NCBI GenBank assembly: GCA_000965745.1
Contig: CP009479.1
Span: forward strand, 512,001-576,000
From: an uncultured archaeon
Lineage (GTDB): Archaea > Thermoplasmatota > Thermoplasmata > Thermoplasmatales > Thermoplasmataceae
Reading direction: 5' to 3'
DNA: 64,000 bases
Shown: positions 9,584 to 19,597 of the stretch, piece after piece
Layout of the letters: the number at the start of each line of letters is the position of its first letter
How positions within the stretch are numbered: position 1 is the first letter of the stretch
Made by a program: the position numbers and the translations under genes
The notes under the pieces: model-generated
Seen by the model: the letters and a program-made list of their open reading frames with translations, nothing else
Databases searched by the model: none
Told to the model about the DNA's origin: nothing

Positions 9584-11968
9584 ATGGAATTCAAAAACTA
9601 TGACATCAAGATCAGCATTGACGATGTTAACAGGAAATTCACGGGAAGAGAGACTGTCCGCTTGAGTGCTTCGAATGAGGAGATTCTGCTCAACGCGGTG
9701 GACCTTGACATATACTTCATCAGGATAAACGGGAAGGATGTGGAATTCAAGGTCCTGAAAGATGAGGAGGAGATAAGGATCAGTGGAAAATTTGACGGTG
9801 ATCTTACCCTTGAGACGGAATTCAGCGGATCGATACAGGACATACTTATGGGGCTTTACTTTTCGCAGACCTCATCTGGTGATTTTTACACGACTCAGTT
9901 CGAGAGCACAGGGGCCAGGAGAGTGTTTCCGTGCATGGACAACCCTGGATATAAGGCCGAGTTCAGCCTGACACTTGCCATCAGCAAAGATCTGAATGCG
10001 ATTTCCAATATGCCGGTCGAATCCGAGAAGGCAGAAGGTGAGAGTAAGATCGTAGCATTCCAGAAGACGCCAAGAATGTCGACATATCTCCTGTATATTG
10101 GGGTTGGAAAACTGGATGAGAGAAGTGAGAAGTTCAATGATGTTGATCTCATCATAGCCGCCCCGAAGGGGCATCTCGGGGAGGTAGAGCTCCCGTTCCA
10201 GTTCGCGAAGGATTCTATCAGGCACTTTGAGGAGTATTTCGGGATCAAGTACGTGCTCCCCAAAATGCACCTGATTTCGGTGCCGGACTTTGGTGCAGGC
10301 GCGATGGAGAACTGGGGTGCAATAACCTTCAGGGAAGTTCTTCTGAACGTGAGTCCGAGCACCAGCGCACTGATCAAGAGAACAATAGCGGAAGTGATAT
10401 CCCACGAAATTGCACATCAGTGGTTTGGAAACCTTGTCACCATGAAATGGTGGAATGACCTCTGGCTGAATGAGAGCTTTGCCACTTTCATGGCATACAA
10501 GACAGTTGACCGGTTCCACAAGGACTGGGACATGTGGGGGCTTTTCCTGCTTTCTGAAACCTCGGGTGCATTGAGCGGTGATGCCCTGAAGGGGTCACAC
10601 CCGATCGATGTGGAAGTCAGGGATCCCAACTCCGTGGCCCAGATCTTCGATGAGATAAGCTACGGAAAGGGGGGAAGCATCCTCAGGATGATTGAATCCT
10701 TCGTGGGGGAGGACAATTTCAGGGACGGAATAAGGAAGTACCTCAAGGAACACCAGTTCGGGAATGCCGTTGGAAAGGACCTGTGGAGTTCAATAGCGTC
10801 TGTTTCTGACCAGCCGGTTGAGGAAATAATGGGTGCATGGGTAAAGAAACAGGGATATCCGGTGATTACTGCCACAAGAAATGGAGACAAGATACACCTC
10901 GAACAGAGGAGGTTCCTAATCAGCGGAGAACAGACGGAAGATCTCTGGCCGATTCCACTGACCGTAAAAAATGAGAGCGGCGTAAAAAGCGTCCTGTTCA
11001 AGGACAGGTCCATGGATATTGACGCAGAGGGCTTCATGAAACTTAATGCGGACCAGACAGGGTTCTACAGGGTAAACTATGGGGATGACCTGTTCAGCGC
11101 AGTCATGGGAAAGGGTGATAATCTCACAGGTCTTGATAAGTGGGGGCTTGCAAATGATCTCTATTCCTTCCTGAGTGCCGGAAGGATCAGCGTGGATGAT
11201 TATTTCGACAGGATAGCCGCGTTCCTTGAGGATGTGGATCCCATTGTAGCAGAATCAGTAGCCGGGCAGCTTCTCAGCCTGCACCTCATAATACCTGAAA
11301 ACAGGAGGCTCAAGGATATTGCCGACATGTTCTTCAGGAAACAGCTTGAGCGTATTGGCGAAAAGAAGGATGGCGAGAAGGACAGGATTTCCATTCTGCG
11401 AGGCACTCTTTCAAACGCCTACGCAGTCATAAACGAGGATTATGCGAAACAGCTGGCGCCACTGTTCAAGAAGTTCGAAGAAACAGACCCGGATTTGAGA
11501 AGCGCGATTTCAGCCTCTTTTGCGATCAGCAGCAATGAACTTGGAACACTTGCGGAGAAGCTCAAGGCAATGAAAAGCGATGAAGACCGCATAAAGATCA
11601 TAGGAGCCATGGGATGGCTCTCCGGGAAGAACAGGTATGACGGGGTGATGGAGCTCATAGAAAATAATACGATAAAAAAGCAGGATATGATCAGGTTCTT
11701 CATGTCTGCAGCCATGAACCCTGCCGGAAGAGATTTCATGCTTGAAAATTATGAAAAGATGGCTGATGAAATGAACAGGTACTTTGTCGGGACCGGCTAT
11801 ACCGGAATGATCATAGAGGCCACCCTGCCCTATCTCGGGCTCAGGAACTACAGCCTTACACGGGAAATAGCGGAGAAGGTCAGGCAGCCGGAAACCGAGA
11901 AGGGTGTGCAGAAGGGCCTTGAACTCCTGGAAGTCTATGCAAGGATCAGGAAAGGGTCCGGCCAGTAG
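9584..11968 (+). CDS. M1 zinc aminopeptidase (tricorn-interacting factor F2/F3 family), paralog 1
   Basis: TQFE, GAMENWG, HEIAH-x18-E (WLNESFA), YGKG. Confidence 0.95.
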   Translation: MEFKNYDIKISIDDVNRKFTGRETVRLSASNEEILLNAVDLDIYFIRINGKDVEFKVLKDEEEIRISGKFDGDLTLETEFSGSIQDILMGLYFSQTSSGDFYTTQFESTGARRVFPCMDNPGYKAEFSLTLAISKDLNAISNMPVESEKAEGESKIVAFQKTPRMSTYLLYIGVGKLDERSEKFNDVDLIIAAPKGHLGEVELPFQFAKDSIRHFEEYFGIKYVLPKMHLISVPDFGAGAMENWGAITFREVLLNVSPSTSALIKRTIAEVISHEIAHQWFGNLVTMKWWNDLWLNESFATFMAYKTVDRFHKDWDMWGLFLLSETSGALSGDALKGSHPIDVEVRDPNSVAQIFDEISYGKGGSILRMIESFVGEDNFRDGIRKYLKEHQFGNAVGKDLWSSIASVSDQPVEEIMGAWVKKQGYPVITATRNGDKIHLEQRRFLISGEQTEDLWPIPLTVKNESGVKSVLFKDRSMDIDAEGFMKLNADQTGFYRVNYGDDLFSAVMGKGDNLTGLDKWGLANDLYSFLSAGRISVDDYFDRIAAFLEDVDPIVAESVAGQLLSLHLIIPENRRLKDIADMFFRKQLERIGEKKDGEKDRISILRGTLSNAYAVINEDYAKQLAPLFKKFEETDPDLRSAISASFAISSNELGTLAEKLKAMKSDEDRIKIIGAMGWLSGKNRYDGVMELIENNTIKKQDMIRFFMSAAMNPAGRDFMLENYEKMADEMNRYFVGTGYTGMIIEATLPYLGLRNYSLTREIAEKVRQPETEKGVQKGLELLEVYARIRKGSGQ
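10436..10502 (+). repeat. 67-bp tract identical to 12943-13009 (second identical 32-bp tract at 10703-10734 / 13210-13241)
   Basis: gtcaccatgaaatggtggaatgacctctggctgaatgagagctttgccactttcatggcatacaaga in both M1 genes. Confidence 0.95.
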
Positions 11969-12096
11969 CCCGGCTTCCGCTCCTTATTCCCTGATACCCC
12001 ATTTTCCCAATTAATCTGGCCTTGTTTGAAAGGTATTGACACTGCTGTTCTGGCCCTACGGCAAACGTAAAGTCAACTGATCTGCTTACAGTGATT

Positions 12097-14475
12097 ATGC
12101 GTGTTGAGTCCTATCAGATTTTGTTGAAGATCGATGAAGAAGCTAACAAGTTTTCAGGCTCTGAAGAAATAACACTCAATGCCGATCCTGGAAAACTTGT
12201 TCTGGATTCGGTGGATCTTAACGTGGAAAAAGTAGAAGTTGACGGAAAGCCTGCAAAATTTTCTGCGGGAAAGGCAAGCCTTGCGGTGGAGAACATCCCT
12301 TCCGGGGACCATGTTGTCCACGTGGAGTTTGAAGGGACAATAGGGCAGAATCTCACAGGCCTTTACCTGGCAAAGACTGACGAGGGCGATATGTTCACGA
12401 CCCAGTTTGAATCAACAGGGGCACGGCGTGTCTTTCCATGCATCGACAACCCAGGGTATAAGGCAGAATTCGAGCTTTCGCTTGATATCGCGAAGGGCCT
12501 TGGCGCAATTTCTAACATGCCTCCCCTTGAGATTACAGAACAGGGCGGCAGGAAAACAGTTCGCTTCATGAGGACCCCGAGAATGTCAACGTACCTTCTT
12601 TACATAGGAGTTGGAGAGTTTGAGGAAAAGAGACTTGACTACAACGGCAAGGATGTTATACTTGCAGCCCCCAAAGGCCACCTCAGCCCGTCGGATTTCC
12701 CGCTGGAGGTCGCAGAGAAGTGCCTTAAGCTTTTCGAAGACTACTTCGGGATACATTACATGCTTCCGAAAATGCATCTTATTTCTGTTCCCGAATTTGC
12801 AGCCGGAGCGATGGAAAACTGGGGAGCCCTGACTTTCCGCGAAGTCCTGCTTTATGCTGACAATTCCACCGGTTCCCTCACGAAGAAGAGGATTGCTTCA
12901 GTAATAGCACATGAAATTGCACACCAGTGGTTCGGTGACCTGGTCACCATGAAATGGTGGAATGACCTCTGGCTGAATGAGAGCTTTGCCACTTTCATGG
13001 CATACAAGATGGTCAATGAAATCTACCCTGAAATGGATGCTTTCGGCGAGATGATAATGACCAGGACATCTGGTGCGCTCATGGACGATGCGCTTCTGAA
13101 TTCCCACCCGATCGACGTGGAGGTTGAAGACCCGAATTCGGTAGCTCAGATTTTTGACCAGATCAGTTACGGCAAGGGCGCGAGCGTACTAAGGATGATA
13201 GAAGCCTTTGTGGGGGAGGACAATTTCAGGGACGGAATAAGAGAATACCTGGAAGAAAACAAGTACTCCAACACCAGGGGAGCCGACCTTTGGTCTTCAA
13301 TTTCAAAGGTTTCCGGAATGCCAGTGTCCGAGATCATGGAAGCTTGGATCACAAAGCAGGGATATCCGGTTGTCCATGCGTCCAGAGAAAACGGAGAGAT
13401 AAGGCTGGAACAGCACAGGTTCCTTCTGGGCTCATCCGGTGACTCGATCTGGCCCGTTCCGCTCACGGTGAGAAGAGAAAGTTCCGTAGAGAGCACAGTA
13501 CTCGATAAGAAAACAGGCAGCATCCCGGCTGCAGGCTTCATAAAGGCAAACCATGAGAACACCGGATTTTACAGGGTGCAGTATTCAGACGACCTCATGC
13601 GCAACCTTATTGGAAACAGTGGCAAGCTCAGTTATCTCGACAAATGGGGCCTGGTGAATGATTACTATGCGTTTCTGCTCTCCGGGAGAATAGGGCTTGA
13701 TGATTACATTTCAATCTTGGGCTCCTTTGAGAATGAGGAGCACCATATAGTTGTGGAAGAAATAGCGTCCCAGCTTCTAAGACTTCACATGAAGGCACCG
13801 GACAACCGGACGGTGAAGGATACTGCGCTCAAGCTCCTGGGAGGCTTCCTCAAGGGAATCGGCGAAAAATCACCGGGAGAGGATATGAACACCTCCATAC
13901 TGAGAGGGTCGCTCAGCCAGAAGCTCGCGATATTGGATGGAAACTTTGCCTCAAAGCTTGCCGGGAAGTTTTCCGCCCTGGATACCGTAGACCCCGACAT
14001 GCGGAGTGCAGTAGTGCTCTCCTATGCAATATCGGAAAATAACTTCGACGGGCTGATTAACAGGCTTGGCAGTTCCAGAAAAGATGAGGAAAAGACGAGG
14101 ATCATCAGTGCGCTTGGCTGGCTCAGGGACAGCGACAGCCTTGAGAAGGCAAACATGATGGTTCTGGATGGAAGGATAAAAAGGCAGGATTCGATGAGCT
14201 TCTTTGCTTCGGTTGCAGCAGCACCCCATTCCAGGGACTTCAGCTTTGAGCACCTAGAGGAGTCCATAGAATTCCTTAAGAGGACTTTTTCAGGCAGCAG
14301 GAGGGCTTCAGCAGCGCTTGAAGGAATAGTCCCCCTGGTCGGAATGGGCAGAAAGAGTGAGATGGAAGAACTGCTTGAGAAGATAAGAGCGCCTGAGACC
14401 GAGAAGGGGATACTGAAAGGAAAAGAGCTTCTTGAGATAAATGAGTCATTCAGGGAGAAATACGGAGGTGCGTGA
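12097..14475 (+). CDS. M1 zinc aminopeptidase (tricorn-interacting factor F2/F3 family), paralog 2
   Basis: Same motifs (GAMENWG, HEIAH, WLNESFA, YGKG); tandem with paralog 1. Confidence 0.95.
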   Translation: MRVESYQILLKIDEEANKFSGSEEITLNADPGKLVLDSVDLNVEKVEVDGKPAKFSAGKASLAVENIPSGDHVVHVEFEGTIGQNLTGLYLAKTDEGDMFTTQFESTGARRVFPCIDNPGYKAEFELSLDIAKGLGAISNMPPLEITEQGGRKTVRFMRTPRMSTYLLYIGVGEFEEKRLDYNGKDVILAAPKGHLSPSDFPLEVAEKCLKLFEDYFGIHYMLPKMHLISVPEFAAGAMENWGALTFREVLLYADNSTGSLTKKRIASVIAHEIAHQWFGDLVTMKWWNDLWLNESFATFMAYKMVNEIYPEMDAFGEMIMTRTSGALMDDALLNSHPIDVEVEDPNSVAQIFDQISYGKGASVLRMIEAFVGEDNFRDGIREYLEENKYSNTRGADLWSSISKVSGMPVSEIMEAWITKQGYPVVHASRENGEIRLEQHRFLLGSSGDSIWPVPLTVRRESSVESTVLDKKTGSIPAAGFIKANHENTGFYRVQYSDDLMRNLIGNSGKLSYLDKWGLVNDYYAFLLSGRIGLDDYISILGSFENEEHHIVVEEIASQLLRLHMKAPDNRTVKDTALKLLGGFLKGIGEKSPGEDMNTSILRGSLSQKLAILDGNFASKLAGKFSALDTVDPDMRSAVVLSYAISENNFDGLINRLGSSRKDEEKTRIISALGWLRDSDSLEKANMMVLDGRIKRQDSMSFFASVAAAPHSRDFSFEHLEESIEFLKRTFSGSRRASAALEGIVPLVGMGRKSEMEELLEKIRAPETEKGILKGKELLEINESFREKYGGA

Positions 14476-14497
14476 ATGCACCCCCAAATGCCCAGAT

Positions 14498-15802
14498 TCA
14501 GAATGACCTGGTGATGTTAACATTCTCAACCAGTGCGTAGGGCATTATGGATGGCTCAATCTCGAGCCACCATTTAGTGTTCTTTGTTTCTCTCGACACT
14601 TTGGAAACGTTCCCGAGAATGTTCAAAACAGAGTCGCTTATCCTTATTCCTGACCATGACTCCTGGATCCGGCCGTCCTTTATTCTGAAAACACCGTCTC
14701 TTGGGACAGTAGAAAATACTCCGTTTCTATAGTCCTGGAACCTTGTGTACCATGTGTTGTTTATGAAAAGGCCGTCCTTTATCTCCGAGAGCATGTCCTC
14801 CATGCTTTCTGTCCCTTTCTCCAGTTTGAGCTGCCAGGGGACAGGGAAAAGGATCCCCGCATTCCCGGTCGATTCTGTTGAGTTCAGCTCTGCAGTGGAA
14901 TAAGAGTGGAGAAAGGTCTTCAGCCTGCCTTTCTTTATCAGTGTGTTCTTTCTGGTTGGAGTCCCCTCATCATCAACAGGCCTCACACCTTCGCCTGACC
15001 TGTCAGTTGGGTCGTCAACGAGTGTGACGTTCTCTGATGCAACATCTTCTCCGAGCCTGTTCATGAATGGACTCAGGCCTGTCCTGGCCATATGCGATGA
15101 CAGGAAACCTCCGCTGCAGGAAAGAATGTTGCCGAGAACGTATGGAGACATTAAAACGGTGAGCTTTCCCTCGTCACCCTGCCTGACATCCCTCCCCTTC
15201 CTTGCAGTCTCCGCCGCGCTTCTTCCCATCTCGCCGGGGTCAACTGCTGGCAAGGAGAGTCCGGGTCCGAAGTGAAAGCTTTCCTGCCCGCTGTATTCAC
15301 CAATGAAGGACCTTATTACTAGTTCAGTGCCGCCTCTATCATATACCAGATCATTGTACCCACTTCTGAGATGTATCCTGGAGAATCGCGAGTAAACAAC
15401 ACCAGCTGACCTTTCTGAACCAAATTCAACCGATCCGTCGATCATGCTCCGGGCGTATTCCATCACCTTTTCAGAGTCCAGAGGAGTAACCTCCTGGGCC
15501 CCAAGGCTCGCCTTCTCATGGTTGATCCCCATAAATTCTGGATTTTCAGGGACTTTTGAGCAGAGGCCTGCTATCTCCTCCACCAATTCATCTATCCTGC
15601 TGTAATCCTTTATGGCCGCGTTTGCAACACGCTTTCCACTGCTTGCAAACACTGATATTGTACTTTCGCCCCATGTGTTGAAGAGGTCCTTGGTGCTTTC
15701 TGAAAAACGAATCTGGTGTACCTGGCTGTCAGACTGTTCAACAACAACTTCATCCAGGCCCTTTCTCACCAGTTTGCTGTAAATTTCATCAGTATAGTCC
15801 AT
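14498..15802 (-). CDS. PmbA/TldE-family protein (non-catalytic partner)
   Basis: DDP, DDEGTPT, GRLKTFLHS, STGNAG; lacks HExxxH; follows tldD. Confidence 0.88.
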   Translation of the reverse strand: MDYTDEIYSKLVRKGLDEVVVEQSDSQVHQIRFSESTKDLFNTWGESTISVFASSGKRVANAAIKDYSRIDELVEEIAGLCSKVPENPEFMGINHEKASLGAQEVTPLDSEKVMEYARSMIDGSVEFGSERSAGVVYSRFSRIHLRSGYNDLVYDRGGTELVIRSFIGEYSGQESFHFGPGLSLPAVDPGEMGRSAAETARKGRDVRQGDEGKLTVLMSPYVLGNILSCSGGFLSSHMARTGLSPFMNRLGEDVASENVTLVDDPTDRSGEGVRPVDDEGTPTRKNTLIKKGRLKTFLHSYSTAELNSTESTGNAGILFPVPWQLKLEKGTESMEDMLSEIKDGLFINNTWYTRFQDYRNGVFSTVPRDGVFRIKDGRIQESWSGIRISDSVLNILGNVSKVSRETKNTKWWLEIEPSIMPYALVENVNITRSF

Positions 15803-15811
15803 TTTCCAGCC

Positions 15812-17197
15812 TCACTGTATGTAAAGACCCCTCAGTCTCATGTGCGGGCCACCCATCCATACATCAACACCCTGCTCCGGATCGCCTTTTCCGCAGGTTC
15901 CCGCGTTGAATTGCAGATCACTGCCTATTGCGTCAATGGAACTGTAGAAATTTATTGTGTTGGTCTCTATTATTGGTCTCTTTACCCTTCCGGTGAGATC
16001 CCCGTTTTCTATGAAGTATGCTTCCTTCCCGACGTACTTCTCGTTGAATCTGATATCATCAATGTTCCATTCAGTGAATGACTTAATGTATATGCCTCTC
16101 CTGATTCCGTCAAACAGTTCATCGAATTTATGGTCTCCAGGTTCGATGTATGTTGTACTCATTCTGGCAAGCGGCTCAAGGTTCCATGAGCCTGACCTTC
16201 CGCCTCCGTTTGATTCCACGCCAAGGCGTGCTGCACTCTCCCTGTTGAGTATATATTCATTCGTCAGGCCGTTCCTGTAGAGGTATCTCTTTCTGGCCGG
16301 GATACCTTCGTCATCATACTTGTAATACCCATAGCTCTTTGGCATGGTGGGATCGTCGACCACACTTACCATGTCCGATCCTATCCTGAAATGATCCGGC
16401 TTTCCTGCCAGGAATGATTCCCCTGCCTGAGCACCTTCCCTGCCCAGGATTCTGTCATATTCAGCAGGGTGCCCGCAGGACTCATGCGCAACTATACCTG
16501 AAATTTCAGGCCCGACTACCACGTCGAATTTTCCAGGATTTGGCCTTGGAGCTACCAGGCTTTCCCTCAGATCCCTGAGATCGTTGGATATCCTGTCTTC
16601 AAGATGCAGCCCATCTATAACCTCATATCCGCCCGTGCCGCCAAATTCCTCGGCGGACTGTTCAAATTCACCGCCCTCCATTACCCCTGCCAGGTAAAAA
16701 TATGACACCCTGGAGGTCTCGCCCTCTATTCTTGAGCCAGCGGAATTCTCATAAATCTGCCTTATCTTCTTGTCCCCGACCGCATTCATCCTCACCGCAG
16801 CGTCGAATGATTCCTGCAGCTTGTCCATGTCCTTCACGATCTCAATGCGATCATCTATGGGCACATCCTCAATTTTCCTTTTGCCTTCAACTTTCCAGGA
16901 ATCTCTGATTGCCTCCCCCTCGTATAAGCTGTTCTTTCCCGGGAAGTGAGAGTGCTTGAGGGCTTCGCCAATCAGCTCTTTTGCACGGTCCCAGTCCTCC
17001 GAATCCACATAGGCCATGCTGATTGACTCGTTCACAACCCTTACCGCGTAGCCTTCCTCCTTGACAGAAGCTGTTCCCTCGAAAATACCATTTCTGTAGG
17101 ATACACCCCTTGAATCCAGGGACATGAACCTTGCCTCTGCGTACCTTGAGTTCCGGGAAGCGTAGTCCAGGAGCTTGTCAAGGAGCTCGCCGCTCAT
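15812..17197 (-). CDS. tldD: TldD-family metalloprotease
   Basis: HESCGHPAE, YDDEG, ARMSTTYIEPG, C-terminal CGKG. Confidence 0.92.
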   Translation of the reverse strand: MSGELLDKLLDYASRNSRYAEARFMSLDSRGVSYRNGIFEGTASVKEEGYAVRVVNESISMAYVDSEDWDRAKELIGEALKHSHFPGKNSLYEGEAIRDSWKVEGKRKIEDVPIDDRIEIVKDMDKLQESFDAAVRMNAVGDKKIRQIYENSAGSRIEGETSRVSYFYLAGVMEGGEFEQSAEEFGGTGGYEVIDGLHLEDRISNDLRDLRESLVAPRPNPGKFDVVVGPEISGIVAHESCGHPAEYDRILGREGAQAGESFLAGKPDHFRIGSDMVSVVDDPTMPKSYGYYKYDDEGIPARKRYLYRNGLTNEYILNRESAARLGVESNGGGRSGSWNLEPLARMSTTYIEPGDHKFDELFDGIRRGIYIKSFTEWNIDDIRFNEKYVGKEAYFIENGDLTGRVKRPIIETNTINFYSSIDAIGSDLQFNAGTCGKGDPEQGVDVWMGGPHMRLRGLYIQ

Positions 17198-18294
17198 GTG
17201 CTGCCTTTCTCCTTGTACTTCTTCAGCCTCTTTTCATATGCGTCAAATATTTCAGAAAGCACTTCACCGTAATTCCACCCGGAATAATTTTCGGCCAGAA
17301 CTATGGGTTCGGAAATGAGTTTTGTCCTGATTGAGTACTTGCTAACGCCCTCCCTGTGGTATTTCATTACGTGGACTTCCAGTTTTCCGTAGGACTGGTT
17401 GGTGAGGTTTGCAAACTTAGAAGTGAACTTGCTCGCAAGGAAGTATGTTATGTCATAAAGATCTGTTTCGTAGGGGGTGAGGCCGCTGATAGAGATCAGG
17501 ATTCCCTCGTCTTTGCTGTCTGTCTCAATGATTTCAAGAATGTCCCACAGGTCTATCACACCGACAACCTTGTCGGAGTCGTCCACTACGGGAAGCATGT
17601 GGAGCTGCTTTTCAGTCATCAGCTTTGAGGCCTGGGAAATGCTGTCGGTCTTCCGTACCGAGAAAGGATTATCCATGATCGAGGCGCTTGTCACCTTCAC
17701 CTTCTCCCTTTCTCCCCTTACTTCTCCAACTGTGGTCTTGCTCTTGTCCCGTATGATCATGTCCATGATGTCATCGAGCCTTAGAATTCCCTTGAGCATC
17801 CCCTCCTTGGAGACCACGGGTATCTCATACTCATACAGTCCGCGTATCTTTTCAGCAGCAGAGAGTATATCCTCGTCCACCTTCGCAAGAACGGGATCTG
17901 TTGTGGCGATATCCCTCACCTGCAGGTCTGCCGTAATAATGCTGTCTATATTCCTTACAATATCTGTTTCAGACACTATTCCCACGAGTTTTCCCTTTCT
18001 CAGGACTGGCAGAGCAGGAAGCCCGGATTCCTTGAGCTCTCCTACAGCAGCGAGCACATCCTGCTTCTCAGAAAGCTCTGGCGTCTTGACAGCGAAGTTC
18101 CTTGCCTTCGATTTGAGCCTGACACTCTTCCTTCTCATCAGTTCCCTGTAGTTTATTGCACCGAGATAGGTGTTCCCGTTCACCACAGGCAGGTGATGAA
18201 TGCGAAGATCACGCATTTTCGCTATGGCTTCCGATATCCCGTCATCACCATTCAGGTATACCGGGTCCTTTGTCATTATCTCTTCCACTTTCAT
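17194..18294 (-). CDS. Four-CBS-domain protein with C-terminal HPF/RaiA-like domain (HibA-type ribosome hibernation factor candidate)
   Basis: Four CBS repeats (HHLPVV, ALPVL, EIPVV, MLPVVD) then ~100 aa with beta-alpha-beta-beta-beta-alpha pattern ending in a basic helix (SEIFDAYEKRLKKYK). Confidence 0.75.
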   Translation of the reverse strand: MKVEEIMTKDPVYLNGDDGISEAIAKMRDLRIHHLPVVNGNTYLGAINYRELMRRKSVRLKSKARNFAVKTPELSEKQDVLAAVGELKESGLPALPVLRKGKLVGIVSETDIVRNIDSIITADLQVRDIATTDPVLAKVDEDILSAAEKIRGLYEYEIPVVSKEGMLKGILRLDDIMDMIIRDKSKTTVGEVRGEREKVKVTSASIMDNPFSVRKTDSISQASKLMTEKQLHMLPVVDDSDKVVGVIDLWDILEIIETDSKDEGILISISGLTPYETDLYDITYFLASKFTSKFANLTNQSYGKLEVHVMKYHREGVSKYSIRTKLISEPIVLAENYSGWNYGEVLSEIFDAYEKRLKKYKEKGST

Positions 18295-18300
18295 GCCCGA

Positions 18301-19470
18301 TCACTCACAATACTGGATAGACAGTTCTGAGACTATCTTCCTGACTTCATCCTTGACGTCTCCGCCCTTCATTGCTTCCGCCATCAGGGGGCCTACCCTC
18401 TCGATGTCCCTGATGCCCATCCGGGTTACCTCAGCTGATCCTATCCTTCCTTCCCTGTCCACGATCATGCCGTTTGCCTCCAGCTTCTTGCTGAATTCCA
18501 GGAAGCTAAGGCCCATTTCCTTGAGTTTTTCACTGTTAAGAAGGCTTTGGTGAGACTCTGAGTACCATGGGGCGTGATCCACAGGTATCCCGCTTTCGTC
18601 CATGGACCTGGCGAGCTTTTTTGTGTTTGATACGACATTTGCGGCATATTCCTTTCCGTACTTTTTCATCTCCTCAAGTGCGACGCCTAGAGCTGCAACC
18701 CTGGAAATGTGGTAATTATCCATGGTTTTCCAGATGAGGCTTTTTCGGACTGAGTCCATGATGTGCCTGTCGTTGGTAAGAACTATCCCTCCCTGTGGGC
18801 CGAAGAAAGTCTTGTGGGTTGAGCCGTAGAGGACGTCGCAGTACTCCAGCACATCTGGCTGGAACTGTTTTCCCGCGATCAACCCCATAACATGCGACCC
18901 GTCGTAGGCGATCAAGGAATCGAACCTGTCTGCGATCCTCCTTATCTGCTTCAGGTCGTAAGGCTTGACGAAGAAGGACTGGCCGAGCACTATGAGCTTC
19001 GGGCTGATCTCGTCCATCACCTTCTCGAAACTGGCAAGATCAATTTCCTGCCTGCCCCCGTTGAAAGGTATGTAATAGCTCTGAAACCCGTACATGTGCG
19101 GAAGGTAGCCCTGGGCATATCCTGTGTATCCCCCATTCTTCTCGGCTACTGCCATTATGCTTTCCCTCTTTCTGATGAGCCCCAGGAGGACAGCAGAGGC
19201 TGCAATATGTCCTCCAATAGTCCTCACTTCTGCATACCTTGCCCCGTAAACATCGCAGGCAAGGCGTTCCACCTGTGCCAGGAGCTCGGTTGAGTAGCGT
19301 GTGCCTCCGTAGGCGTCATCACTGTCAATAACAAGCGAATACCTTGAAGCCATGTCGGATGAAAGTGCCTCCCTGGCCTTCTGGCTCAATACATTCTCAG
19401 ATACCTGCAGGTTCAGCGTGGCCGCCCTATAGCTGTTATGATTTCTAACAATATCCATGACATCTGTCAT
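18301..19470 (-). CDS. glyA: Serine hydroxymethyltransferase-family PLP enzyme (possibly threonine aldolase-type)
   Basis: LNLQVSEN, YDGSHVMGLIAG, PLP Lys in GSTHKTFFGPQGG, RIGSAEVTRMG; YAEG and GGHLTH motifs altered. Confidence 0.75.
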   Translation of the reverse strand: MTDVMDIVRNHNSYRAATLNLQVSENVLSQKAREALSSDMASRYSLVIDSDDAYGGTRYSTELLAQVERLACDVYGARYAEVRTIGGHIAASAVLLGLIRKRESIMAVAEKNGGYTGYAQGYLPHMYGFQSYYIPFNGGRQEIDLASFEKVMDEISPKLIVLGQSFFVKPYDLKQIRRIADRFDSLIAYDGSHVMGLIAGKQFQPDVLEYCDVLYGSTHKTFFGPQGGIVLTNDRHIMDSVRKSLIWKTMDNYHISRVAALGVALEEMKKYGKEYAANVVSNTKKLARSMDESGIPVDHAPWYSESHQSLLNSEKLKEMGLSFLEFSKKLEANGMIVDREGRIGSAEVTRMGIRDIERVGPLMAEAMKGGDVKDEVRKIVSELSIQYCE

Positions 19471-19563
19471 AAAATTTTGAACTCCTTTTTATGTTCACAC
19501 CGGAATAGTATTTCAAGCACATCAAAACAAAAAATTTCCGGGTGCACGGTTATGAATCTCAAT

Positions 19564-19576
19564 GAGAATATTTAAC
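19564..19576 (+). promoter_or_regulatory. Archaeal BRE/TATA-like promoter for candidate ncRNA
   Basis: gagaatatttaac, TATA-like element ~25 nt before the first base of the folded region (19598). Confidence 0.45.
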
Positions 19577-19597
19577 ATTTTTGAGTTGTATCATTCA

